From contig CDRNVI010000147.1 of NCBI GenBank assembly GCA_977017575.1, forward strand, positions 3,160 to 67,159: DNA of 64,000 nucleotides, in the 5' to 3' direction. The notes beneath the pieces are model-generated. The model searched no databases. It worked only from the letters and a program-made list of their open reading frames with translations, and was not told where the DNA came from. The translations under genes were made by a program, and so were the position numbers. This DNA comes from Paramoeba atlantica. Lineage: Eukaryota > Protista > Discosea. Of this stretch, positions 14,163-24,390 are shown in pieces (the first letter of the stretch is position 1; each line of letters begins with the position of its first letter).

Positions 14163-16261
14163 GTGGTCTTAATACAAAAAGTGGTCTTAATACAAAAAGT
14201 GGTCTTAATACAAAAAGTGGTCTTAATACAAAAAGTGGTCTTAATACAAAAAGTGGTCTTAATACAAAAAGTGGTCTTAATACAAAAAGTGGTCTTAATA
14301 CAAAAAGTGGTCTTAATACAAAAAGTGGTCTTAATACAAAAAGTGGTCTTAATACAAAAAGTGGTCTTAATACAAAAAGTGGTCTTAATACAAAAAGTGG
14401 TCTTAATACAAAAAGTGGTCTTAATACAAAAAGTGGTCTTAATACAAAAAGTGGTCTTAATACAAAAAGTGGTCTTAATACAAAAAGTGGTCTTAATACA
14501 AAAAGTGGTCTTAATACAAAAAGTGGTCTTAATACAAAAAGTGGTCTTAATACAAAAAGTGGTCTTAATACAAAAAGTGGTCTTAATACAAAAAGTGGTC
14601 TTAATACAAAAAGTGGTCTTAATACAAAAAGTGGTCTTAATACAAAAAGTGGTCTTAATACAAAAAGTGGTCTTAATACAAAAAGTGGTCTTAATACAAA
14701 AAGTGGTCTTAATACAAAAAGTGGTCTTAATACAAAAAGTGGTCTTAATACAAAAAGTGGTCTTAATACAAAAAGTGGTCTTAATACAAAAAGTGGTCTT
14801 AATACAAAAAGTGGTCTTAATACAAAAAGTGGTCTTAATACAAAAAGTGGTCTTAATACAAAAAGTGGTCTTAATACAAAAAGTGGTCTTAATACAAAAA
14901 GTGGTCTTAATACAAAAAGTGGTCTTAATACAAAAAGTGGTCTTAATACAAAAAGTGGTCTTAATACAAAAAGTGGTCTTAATACAAAAAGTGGTCTTAA
15001 TACAAAAAGTGGTCTTAATACAAAAAGTGGTCTTAATACAAAAAGTGGTCTTAATACAAAAAGTGGTCTTAATACAAAAAGTGGTCTTAATACAAAAAGT
15101 GGTCTTAATACAAAAAGTGGTCTTAATACAAAAAGTGGTCTTAATACAAAAAGTGGTCTTAATACAAAAAGTGGTCTTAATACAAAAAGTGGTCTTAATA
15201 CAAAAAGTGGTCTTAATACAAAAAGTGGTCTTAATACAAAAAGTGGTCTTAATACAAAAAGTGGTCTTAATACAAAAAGTGGTCTTAATACAAAAAGTGG
15301 TCTTAATACAAAAAGTGGTCTTAATACAAAAAGTGGTCTTAATACAAAAAGTGGTCTTAATACAAAAAGTGGTCTTAATACAAAAAGTGGTCTTAATACA
15401 AAAAGTGGTCTTAATACAAAAAGTGGTCTTAATACAAAAAGTGGTCTTAATACAAAAAGTGGTCTTAATACAAAAAGTGGTCTTAATACAAAAAGTGGTC
15501 TTAATACAAAAAGTGGTCTTAATACAAAAAGTGGTCTTAATACAAAAAGTGGTCTTAATACAAAAAGTGGTCTTAATACAAAAAGTGGTCTTAATACAAA
15601 AAGTGGTCTTAATACAAAAAGTGGTCTTAATACAAAAAGTGGTCTTAATACAAAAAGTGGTCTTAATACAAAAAGTGGTCTTAATACAAAAAGTGGTCTT
15701 AATACAAAAAGTGGTCTTAATACAAAAAGTGGTCTTAATACAAAAAGTGGTCTTAATACAAAAAGTGGTCTTAATACAAAAAGTGGTCTTAATACAAAAA
15801 GTGGTCTTAATACAAAAAGTGGTCTTAATACAAAAAGTGGTCTTAATACAAAAAGTGGTCTTAATACAAAAAGTGGTCTTAATACAAAAAGTGGTCTTAA
15901 TACAAAAAGTGGTCTTAATACAAAAAGTGGTCTTAATACAAAAAGTGGTCTTAATACAAAAAGTGGTCTTAATACAAAAAGTGGTCTTAATACAAAAAGT
16001 GGTCTTAATACAAAAAGTGGTCTTAATACAAAAAGTGGTCTTAATACAAAAAGTGGTCTTAATACAAAAAGTGGTCTTAATACAAAAAGTGGTCTTAATA
16101 CAAAAAGTGGTCTTAATACAAAAAGTGGTCTTAATACAAAAAGTGGTCTTAATACAAAAAGTGGTCTTAATACAAAAAGTGGTCTTAATACAAAAAGTGG
16201 TCTTAATACAAAAAGTGGTCTTAATACAAAAAGTGGTCTTAATACAAAAAGTGGTCTTAAT
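14163..16261. repeat. 18-bp tandem array, block 3
   Basis: Same unit, read directly. Confidence 0.99.
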
Positions 16262-16603
16262 GAGAACTTGTGAAAGTAATCTGCGTATTCAATTTAGTTC
16301 AATACACATGAATATTTCAGCACGTAAACCATAATATTTTATTATATACCAAGGAAAGTGTTTATATCCACGTTTAAAAAGTTAGGGAGGCTATTGAAGT
16401 AGTTTCCCATTCGTTAGTACTGTGAGAAAATGAATTATAGTAGCGCTACTAAGTGACATATGTTGTTTTACTTTATACTTTATATATTGATGTACAAACA
16501 TATTCGATGGATTTGACGAAGGGTAGGATTACATTAATGTATTTTACACTTGATTTGAGTTTTTCAATCTTCACGAATACAATTTTATACGAATGCGCTG
16601 ATT
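16262..16603. other. 342-bp AT-rich unique insert within the 18-bp array
   Basis: Array stops at ...CTTAAT and resumes at ATACAAAAAG (possible 2-bp AT duplication); no clear TIR or ORF. Confidence 0.7.
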
Positions 16604-17115
16604 ATACAAAAAGTGGTCTTAATACAAAAAGTGGTCTTAATACAAAAAGTGGTCTTAATACAAAAAGTGGTCTTAATACAAAAAGTGGTCTTAATACAAA
16701 AAGTGGTCTTAATACAAAAAGTGGTCTTAATACAAAAAGTGGTCTTAATACAAAAAGTGGTCTTAATACAAAAAGTGGTCTTAATACAAAAAGTGGTCTT
16801 AATACAAAAAGTGGTCTTAATACAAAAAGTGGTCTTAATACAAAAAGTGGTCTTAATACAAAAAGTGGTCTTAATACAAAAAGTGGTCTTAATACAAAAA
16901 GTGGTCTTAATACAAAAAGTGGTCTTTAATACAAAAAGTGGTCGTTAATACAAAAAGTGGTCTTTAATACAAAAAGTGGTCTTTAATACAAAAAGTGGTC
17001 TTTAATACAAAAAGTGGTCTTTAATACAAAAAGTGGTCTTTAATACAAAAAGTGGTCTTTAATACAAAAAGTGGTCTTTAATACAAAAAGTGGTCATTAA
17101 TACAAAAAGTGGTCT
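16604..17115. repeat. 18-bp array, block 4, with degenerate 19-bp units (GTGGTCTTT, GTCGTT, GTCATT) at the inner edge
   Basis: Variant units visible from 16921 to 17115. Confidence 0.97.
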
Positions 17116-17541
17116 GCAGGTAGGGCATGCAATGCCAATTCCGGGGATATTTTACCGAAAGGGGATGCTCTACACCGGTTGCTTACATCCCTAAATGTAA
17201 CCCTCATGAGATCCCAAGCCCGCATGCTCGTCCTACGCCGGCCTGCTGTGGGTCCTGATTCAGCGCTCCTAGGCTATGGGAACGAGTAGTGGATCACTCG
17301 CCACACCCAAAGACTTCCTCGCCTGCGAAATCTGGCCGCTATACAACGTTTTCCCGCGGCAAACGCCGACCCGGCTCTCGTTGTGTATGACCAGGGGTAT
17401 GGCCAGGTGACTTTCGTGGGAAACTCCCGGTACGGATGCTGGTCGGGTCGACAGAGTCTATGCTCACGCCTAGTCCGTCAGGGCTAGGTACCCCAAGTGA
17501 GGTAGTACACGGGTAGTGAATCTCCTCCCCGTCGGCCAGCA

Positions 17542-17887
17542 TCCTGTTTCGTGACCGTGTCGTTGTCGACACAGGCCCGCGCCTGCGCCCTCCCGTATAG
17601 CAAGGGAAGGGTTCACAAGTCAGGCCGTGGAGAGGTCGAAAGACCCGGTCCGGAACGCGCGAATGGATTGGGTCTGGATTGCTTGTTTTAATTTTTACTG
17701 TGTCTTATTTGTCGTATATACTTAGGGGAGATTGAATTGCTAGTTTTGGGCTGAGAAAAAAGAAAAAGAAAAAAAAAAAAAGGTGAATTGCTAGTTTTGG
17801 GCTGAGAAAAAAAAGAAAAAGAAAATATGCTTCTGTGGAAATAAAAAGAATTGCCAATTTGATTGCTTGTTTTAAATTCATATACCC
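17542..17887 (+). repeat. Non-coding dispersed repeat with hairpin-rich core, copy 1 (homologous to 50971-51233); followed by poly(A) 17888-17911
   Basis: Shared TCCTGTTTCG..GTGTCG/CGACAC..CCCTCCC/GGGAAGGG..GGTCGAAAGACC..GGATTG core, plus GAATT(G/A)CTAGTTTTGGGCT and TCATATACCC. Confidence 0.8.
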
Positions 17888-17909
17888 AAAAAAAAAAAAA
17901 AAAAAAAAA

Positions 17910-17948
17910 AATCTTTAACGATAAAGATACAGTTTCTGTACCTTGTTG
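17910..17948 (+). other. Spliced-leader-like 39-mer at the 5' end of a CRE-like element
   Basis: AATCTTTAACGATAAAGATACAGTTTCTGTACCTTGTTG; the ACAGTTTCTGTAC core and terminal TTG match the kinetoplastid SL pattern; ATG follows 44 nt later. Confidence 0.8.
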
Positions 17949-17992
17949 AATTTTTTCTATTTCATCTCTTTCCGAGGTACGGGTTAATTTTT

Positions 17993-19408
17993 ATGTCTGG
18001 TATCATCCCCCCCGCAGTCACACTTCCTCCCATAGACGACAACAGCGGAAATCCGGACCACGAAGCCGAAGCCATGGAGACGGACGACAAATGCTTAGAA
18101 ATTAATGGCAGAACTCACCGACCGGGGTCTTGGGACCAATTTAAAGGAAACGAACATTTAATCACGGGGACGAGCACATACCATGAAGACCTTTACACGA
18201 CCCCCATCCCTCAGAATATTCCTGAAGATTGGATCCGCCGAACGAACGCGATCGTAGGTGGGGTTAATGAAACACCGGACACAGGTCACACGGAGGTCGA
18301 AAATGAAGAGATGCAACACTCCGCTGTTATCAGGCAAGTAACGCCAGCGAAGAAGACGAAAGAGGCTTTGAATGCTACACAGCATCTAAGTACACCACTC
18401 AAAACTGCTCTATCCGCCCAAGCACGTAGCAATGAGGACATTAAAGGTCACTCCAAGAAAACCCCTACTCCACGGAGAAATAAGCTCATCCGATACCGGG
18501 TAGACCCAGAGACACCTTCACTCTTGCATCCTTATGAACTTATTCCGGGCCCATCTCAAGAGCAACCAGGAAGAAGACACGAAACCCAGAATATTGAAAA
18601 CGCTGGCGTTAGCCTCGCTGAGCCCAACTCATTGTCCCAAGGAAAGTCTGCCGCGCTCCGAGAGTGCCCGGCCCAGGGATGTTCATGGCGCAGTCCGTCG
18701 CATGGCGGATCCTGGCAAGCCTTCTATAACCATGTCGCATGCCGGCACGGTAACAGCATCCCTAATGAATGGTGGTACAGAGAAGGCCGTTTTCTATGCA
18801 CCTCATGCGGACGCCACTACGACAACCACAAACGATCATCGCACACACACAGCTGCAAAGGAACGAAAACCGTCGCGCTCCTTTCTCCCGAACTTCTTAC
18901 TCCACCCAACGAAGTGAGCACCGCACCAACACCAGAGAACACCAACTTTGAGCTCCCACCTCTTCCTTCTGTCTGCTCTCTTCAGCTGAGTACGTGCAAA
19001 GACGTGCCTTATCGTTGCCGCCAGATCTGGGAAGAAATCCTCTCCTCCGCCATTCGGAACGCGGTCTCTGAAAACTCCTTAAAGGCATGGACGCTTCTGG
19101 CCATGCTTCCCAAATGCGTTTTACCAGCTCCGCATCGAGGGGGCCGCAAAGGCCACATGGCATATGCCTCACATGCGTATAAATGCATGCAGCGTTGGGC
19201 GGAACAAGAGTACTCGGACCTATGGAGCGAAGCAATTGTAGCCTGTCGAAAAAAGCAAAAATCTCCAACGGAATTCCCTGACGAAGACGAGAAGGCAGCG
19301 ATTCGAGCAGAACTCCTCGTCCGCCACGGCGAGCTCTCTAGAGGGTTGGCCTCCCTAACGTCAGATCCAATGGCGCCTGACGATGACGAACATTTGAAAA
19401 ATTGCTAG
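17993..19408 (+). CDS. N-terminal part of a CRE-like non-LTR retrotransposon protein (LsmAD-like domain, C2H2 and CCHC-type Zn fingers, pre-RT region)
   Basis: WDQF..NE..STY..LYTT motif; CPAQGC...HVACRH; CTSC...HTHSC; PKCVL...RGG. Joins the next ORF if one A is restored near 19389 (APDDDE-TFEKLLEKHP). Confidence 0.8.
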   Translation: MSGIIPPAVTLPPIDDNSGNPDHEAEAMETDDKCLEINGRTHRPGSWDQFKGNEHLITGTSTYHEDLYTTPIPQNIPEDWIRRTNAIVGGVNETPDTGHTEVENEEMQHSAVIRQVTPAKKTKEALNATQHLSTPLKTALSAQARSNEDIKGHSKKTPTPRRNKLIRYRVDPETPSLLHPYELIPGPSQEQPGRRHETQNIENAGVSLAEPNSLSQGKSAALRECPAQGCSWRSPSHGGSWQAFYNHVACRHGNSIPNEWWYREGRFLCTSCGRHYDNHKRSSHTHSCKGTKTVALLSPELLTPPNEVSTAPTPENTNFELPPLPSVCSLQLSTCKDVPYRCRQIWEEILSSAIRNAVSENSLKAWTLLAMLPKCVLPAPHRGGRKGHMAYASHAYKCMQRWAEQEYSDLWSEAIVACRKKQKSPTEFPDEDEKAAIRAELLVRHGELSRGLASLTSDPMAPDDDEHLKNC

Positions 19409-22400
19409 AAAAACACCCCCGTCGTCTTCAAATTGACTCGTGCGAAAACTGCCCGCCCCCGAACTGCGCTCCACTGGAACTTGACGAACGCGAAGTTGCA
19501 AAGACGCTGAAGAGCTTCAACAGGGGTTCCTCTGCCGGCACTATGGGATTACGCCCAGAGCACCTACAGGCAGCACTGCTCGTACACGGAAATGACTTTC
19601 TCCGATCCCTCACAAAGCTAACAAATCACCTCCTAGCTGGGAAGGCACCCTCTGAAGTACAGGCGCACTTCGCAGGGGCGCGCTTATGCGCCCTATCAAA
19701 GGGTGAAAATGATGTTCGTCCGATCGCTGCCGGTGAAACCCTTCGGCGATTAGCGAGCAAAGCCGTATGCAACGCAATCCGACCCAAAGCGAGCGAGCTC
19801 TTTGAAGGCAAACAGTACGGAGTGGCAGCTCCAGCCGGGGCCGAAAGAGTCATTCACATGTGTCGCCTGGCCATGTCGTCCAATATGGAAAACCCGAACT
19901 TCGTCATGTGCAAAGTGGACCTACGTAACGCTTTCAATAACGTAAGCAGGGCTGCCTTCCTTCCACTAGTACAGGAATATTTCCCGGAACTCTTCCCTTG
20001 GATCAATTGGTGCTATTCCGACCCCAGCTCTCTTACCTACGGGGCCCGATTCATCTCCTCCGAGGAAGGAGTACAACAGGGCGATCCCCTAGGACCATTG
20101 CTCTTCTCGTTAGTGGCCCTGGAGCTCTCAGAAGCCATTAACCTTCAAACTGATATTCCCGCCCAACTCTGGTATCTCGACGATGGCGTCCTCGTTGGCC
20201 AGGCGCAGGAAGTTAGAGACGCCCTAGACACGATCGCCCGAGTAGGACCTCAATGGGACTTGTATCTCAATACGTCGAAATGCGAAATTATTACTTCCCC
20301 CAGCTCGGCCCACCAGGCTGATTACTTCCCAGACATACCCGACGAGAAGATCAATTCGCAGGGGAACTTTGACATACTAGGGAGTCCTGTAGGATCCGCC
20401 GACCACTGCTCTGCTTATCTTCTTTCTCACGCCCTAGAACCAGCCGAGGATACCCTCGATGCCATCACCAACATTCAGGACCCCCAGGTCGCGCTTGCCC
20501 TAATTCGTCAATGTGCAGGGTTCTGTCAAATGGTGTATGCCATGAGAAGCACGCCCCCACAGTCCCTGATTCACCTTTGCTCCCGTTTAGACGACTTTCT
20601 CATGACCGCTATAGAGGCAATCATCTGTCCTCTGGACAGGTCAGCACAATCTCAAGCACAGCGACTGAAGCGTCATGGGGGATTAGGTCTGAGATCCGCA
20701 GCTCTCCACGCCTCCGCGGCTTACGTTGCATCCGTCGCCTTTGCCACAGATTCCTGGGATCCCACAGACGCTGAAGGTTTCTCGGAGGCCATCCTCGACA
20801 TCAATCAGAAGGCCGGCACTGCTCTCCTCGATCCCCGAGGTCGTGTTCTCACAACTCCCAACGCCCCATGCGAGAAGGCCCTGAGCGCGCCGTACTCCTA
20901 CCGGAAGAGAAGGCGCCCTCCGCCAGGGAATGATCCTCACCCCCCGGACGAGCCTCCGGGACATATTCTTCGTACGACTTCCCGCACGGCCAACACACCC
21001 ACGGATGCCTACCCACTCTCGACTCCCCTCTACGGTTCTGAAGAATGCCAGGACATGTTACCCCCACAGTGGCCCAAAGGGAAGATCCCGCGCCAGCGGG
21101 TAATCAGTTATGCTATTGCAGCCCATGCCTTTTCCCAGGAATATGAGACAACTGACGCACGAACCCGTGCAAGGTGGATCTCCCAGTGTGGCACGGGAGC
21201 GAGCAGCTGGGCCTTTGTGACTCCTTCGAAAGACCTTGGGCACGCCTTTACCCCCACACAATTCCGAACTTTGGCCCGTTGGTGGTTAGGCGTGGACATC
21301 TACCATGAAGATAGCACGTGCCCCATGCCGAAATGCTCGCTCCCCCTTGACAGCAAAGGGGACCATGCACTGTCTTGCAAACATGGCCATGGTATTGTGA
21401 CAAGACACAACGCTGTTACGGACCAGTTCGCGGACGTGTGCAGTCGAGCCCGCCTCGCCCCTCAACGAGAAAAGAGTCTCGGGAACAGGGGCCCAGGCGG
21501 GGCCCTCACCAGACCTGGCGACATATACTTGCCCAGCCTTTTTCTTGGAAATCCCATTGTGCTTGACTTCGCGGTCACCCATGCTCAGCAATTAAAATAT
21601 ACGGACAAAGTCCGAAACGCTAGCTGGGTTGCCGCGGGGTCATTTGCCGAACATTATTCCTCAATGGAGAAGGGCAAGCAGCGTCGAGAAGCCGTAGAGG
21701 CAGGATGCGACTTTACGGCCATGGTTGTCGAAAGTTATGGCGCCTGGAGCCCCAGCGCTTCAGCCGTGCTCCGCAAAGTCGGTGAGAGGTGTTCGCACGC
21801 CTCGGGGGGTCTCAGAACGGAATCGCTTTATCCTACTGACTTAAAACCGGAAACAGTAATTAAGACACAGAGAGCTTCCTTAATAGGGCATCTTGTGCGC
21901 CATCCTACACCGTTTACTACAGCAGTACTATGGAGAACAAATGATGAGGCCTCTAAACCAACATTGTCCGAACGGTGTGCCCACGAACTACACTCTGATG
22001 TTACTGAAATTCTACAACTTGGACAAGATCGCCCCACATGGCGGAAGAAACTGGAAAAACTACAGGTGGAGCTGGAACCACGGCCTTCTTACACAAAGTC
22101 TTGTTCTCCTGCTTGGGAAAAAAGTATTAAAAAGATATTGGAAAACAAGGGCTATCAAACTCTACAGTACGTGGAAGAAAGTAGCACCCCTTTTCCAATA
22201 AGCGACTCGGAAACACACTTATATACGGATGGGTCGCTCATTCCGGGTACAAAGAAACAACTCCAAGGATGCGGCATAGTAATAATACGAAACAACGAAC
22301 GTACATTATTCTACGGGACAAGACCTCCGGAAAAATTCTGTGATTCCATACAATCTATAGAGGCATATGCTGTTGTCGAGGCAATTTCTCTGGCTAGCAA

Positions 22401-23184
22401 CTACGAGGGAGATGTAATACTTCACACGGATTCAGAGTACATATGGGATTTCTTCCACGAAACTGTGCATCGGTATCGGCTCATTGGGTTCCACTCATTC
22501 AAAGGGTGCGAAGCAATGCGATCCCTTCAAAACGCTTACTACAGTACAAAACATACTAAAAGATTCTACTGTATCAAGGTCAAATCACACAATGAAAATA
22601 TGTACAACGATACGGCAGATTATTTAGCCAAAAAGGCGTGCAAGCTGGAAGGAAATGAACTAGCTATAAAATACTACGGGGATATATTGCACGGCAATGC
22701 AAAGAGGAAATCAGAGCAAAATAATACCTCAAGATGTCTTAAAACTCAGAGGACTAGAAAAGGCACAAACCAAAGAGCAGTACCTGTATCTACGGGGCCC
22801 CCTTTGTCGGAAAACTCAAACGATTCACGTTCAACGAAACAACCCAAACGGAGCATTCGAATAAATGAAAAGAGGACGAAATCTCCCATACGCAAAGCTT
22901 CTTTACATAAGAAGACAAAGGGTATCAACTTAATTTCCAGCCCCCCACAGATAACCAATTCGAACGTAAGCATTGAGGTGAAACGAAATAAACCGCAAAT
23001 GAAGCGTCTAAAAGATACAAGTTTGGACTTATCATCATCCCAGACAAAGAGTGAACCAGAAAAAGAAAAGGAGTCACAAAAGCGAGTGAAAAGGACATCA
23101 AAGAAAAAACCTTGTTTTACAGCTAAAGGAAAAGACAAGAGTATAATTGATGTAAAAAAGCATGGAAATAAGCGGGAGAATTAG
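19402..23184 (+). CDS. CRE-like RT plus restriction-like endonuclease, fused in frame to an RTE-like tail and RNase H
   Basis: RT motifs RPIAAGE, VDLRNAFN, GVQQGDPLGPLLF, WYLDDG. RLE motifs CPMPKC..DHALSC, RHN, RPGDI, LDFAV, VESYG. RNase H motifs YTDGS, IEAYA, HTDSEY, VKSH..NDTADYLAK (~22220-22640). Confidence 0.9.
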   Translation: MLEKHPRRLQIDSCENCPPPNCAPLELDEREVAKTLKSFNRGSSAGTMGLRPEHLQAALLVHGNDFLRSLTKLTNHLLAGKAPSEVQAHFAGARLCALSKGENDVRPIAAGETLRRLASKAVCNAIRPKASELFEGKQYGVAAPAGAERVIHMCRLAMSSNMENPNFVMCKVDLRNAFNNVSRAAFLPLVQEYFPELFPWINWCYSDPSSLTYGARFISSEEGVQQGDPLGPLLFSLVALELSEAINLQTDIPAQLWYLDDGVLVGQAQEVRDALDTIARVGPQWDLYLNTSKCEIITSPSSAHQADYFPDIPDEKINSQGNFDILGSPVGSADHCSAYLLSHALEPAEDTLDAITNIQDPQVALALIRQCAGFCQMVYAMRSTPPQSLIHLCSRLDDFLMTAIEAIICPLDRSAQSQAQRLKRHGGLGLRSAALHASAAYVASVAFATDSWDPTDAEGFSEAILDINQKAGTALLDPRGRVLTTPNAPCEKALSAPYSYRKRRRPPPGNDPHPPDEPPGHILRTTSRTANTPTDAYPLSTPLYGSEECQDMLPPQWPKGKIPRQRVISYAIAAHAFSQEYETTDARTRARWISQCGTGASSWAFVTPSKDLGHAFTPTQFRTLARWWLGVDIYHEDSTCPMPKCSLPLDSKGDHALSCKHGHGIVTRHNAVTDQFADVCSRARLAPQREKSLGNRGPGGALTRPGDIYLPSLFLGNPIVLDFAVTHAQQLKYTDKVRNASWVAAGSFAEHYSSMEKGKQRREAVEAGCDFTAMVVESYGAWSPSASAVLRKVGERCSHASGGLRTESLYPTDLKPETVIKTQRASLIGHLVRHPTPFTTAVLWRTNDEASKPTLSERCAHELHSDVTEILQLGQDRPTWRKKLEKLQVELEPRPSYTKSCSPAWEKSIKKILENKGYQTLQYVEESSTPFPISDSETHLYTDGSLIPGTKKQLQGCGIVIIRNNERTLFYGTRPPEKFCDSIQSIEAYAVVEAISLASNYEGDVILHTDSEYIWDFFHETVHRYRLIGFHSFKGCEAMRSLQNAYYSTKHTKRFYCIKVKSHNENMYNDTADYLAKKACKLEGNELAIKYYGDILHGNAKRKSEQNNTSRCLKTQRTRKGTNQRAVPVSTGPPLSENSNDSRSTKQPKRSIRINEKRTKSPIRKASLHKKTKGINLISSPPQITNSNVSIEVKRNKPQMKRLKDTSLDLSSSQTKSEPEKEKESQKRVKRTSKKKPCFTAKGKDKSIIDVKKHGNKREN

Positions 23185-23494
23185 CCTTACGACATTAACT
23201 TTCCGATTTGAGAGATGCTATTGGAGCCTATGCTTCTGTTATATTTAAGTTAATTACCATCAGATTTGGTGAATTAAAGAATTACGTTCGCTGACGTGAT
23301 TGCGGCGGTGAGTTGTCTTATAGTGTTCAAAAGCTAAGTACTAATGGTTCATAGAGATCGATTGATTAGGAGGCTTGAAATTGAAAGTCTGTTTGTTTTT
23401 GAAAAATTTTCTGTAAGTGTGTTCTGTGTTGATATTTTGAGGGTGGAAATATTTAGGGGAAATTTTTGAATCCTTTAACTGGGCTAACATCTCA

Positions 23495-24064
23495 GTGTTG
23501 GTTGGTTGGTTGGTTGGGGCTCAAATACCGGAGCATCAGGCGCCCCCGGCTACACGCGAACAAGTATTGGAGGCGTGCGAATGGCTGCTTCCGGACGAAG
23601 CCGCGGGCCTGACCTTGGCGTGGAAGACATGCAGCAGAATAGACGATGTCAAACATCTGAGGAAATTAGATTTACAAGTGGTAGATCTCGAGCGGAGAAT
23701 ACTGGGAGTAACGTTTCCGACTCACAAAGGGGATCCCTTCAGAGTAGGGACTGCTATTCCAATGACTTGCAACTTGACGGAGTGGAAAATCTTCATGGAC
23801 CAATTGGACAAGCTGAAGCCAGAAGACAAGTTCACGACTTTAACGACGCTGAGAGCCAATGCCGTGCTGAAGCGGGTGAAAGCAGAGTTGTCGGCACATT
23901 CTGTAAAAAGAGGGGCTCTAGTATCACTCCTCAGAAAGGGAGTTCCACTGTCGGTAATACAGCTGTTGGCCAAGCACAAAGATCTGGAGACATTGTGGAT
24001 ATATCCCCCTCGACTGGAAGTGGCCTTGTCCCTAGGGCTACAGGACGCGACAAAATTACTGTGA
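23495..24064 (+). CDS. Tyrosine recombinase catalytic domain (5'-truncated) of a DIRS-order retrotransposon
   Basis: CSRIDD (R), HSVKRGA (HxxR), AKHK (H) and LWIY (Y) in correct order and spacing. Confidence 0.8.
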   Translation: MLVGWLVGAQIPEHQAPPATREQVLEACEWLLPDEAAGLTLAWKTCSRIDDVKHLRKLDLQVVDLERRILGVTFPTHKGDPFRVGTAIPMTCNLTEWKIFMDQLDKLKPEDKFTTLTTLRANAVLKRVKAELSAHSVKRGALVSLLRKGVPLSVIQLLAKHKDLETLWIYPPRLEVALSLGLQDATKLL

Positions 24065-24390
24065 ACCCAGAAAACACCAAAGGACATGACAAGAAAACTA
24101 AATCAGCTGTTTACATACTAAAACGTCAATTACAAGGTAGGTTCCCCTTGCACATCGGTAAGATCACGCTAGACAGCGATAACATTATAGGCGAACCGAA
24201 TCCCGAACCTATCTACGTGCATAATTCAACGGACATTGCTAACATTGCAACGAAGAAAATTGAAGACACAAACAATCAGTCTATGTCTCGCGGGCAGCTC
24301 ACCCGACCACCGAGCGTGCGAGCGTACAAAAATCAGGGAATAATTGCTCCTATCACAACCACAAGACTGTAATATTCTATACTGAACAAT

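Noticed and set aside
11-16948. Giant ORFs (VLIQKV)n, (GLNTKS)n, (LRPLFV)n
   Set aside because: Artefacts of a stop-free 18-bp repeat whose length is a multiple of 3; no coding evidence.
1-17115. CRISPR array
   Set aside because: Repeats are contiguous with no spacers, no cas genes, and the context is eukaryotic.
17542-17695. Definite HDV/hammerhead ribozyme or SRP RNA call
   Set aside because: Only partial motifs (GCGAATGG; CGAAAC on minus; GTCCGGAA); could not assemble the required pairings.
17910-17948. Functional SL RNA gene
   Set aside because: No GT donor or intron/Sm-site portion after the exon in any copy, and upstream flanks differ.
19380-19410. Programmed -1 frameshift or true ORF1/ORF2 organisation
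   Set aside because: The break falls inside a conserved motif and relatives in the window have a single ORF.
23506-24372. Independent 288-aa gene
   Set aside because: Mostly overlaps the YR frame; in frame with the RT ORF, so probably its stop-interrupted N-terminus.
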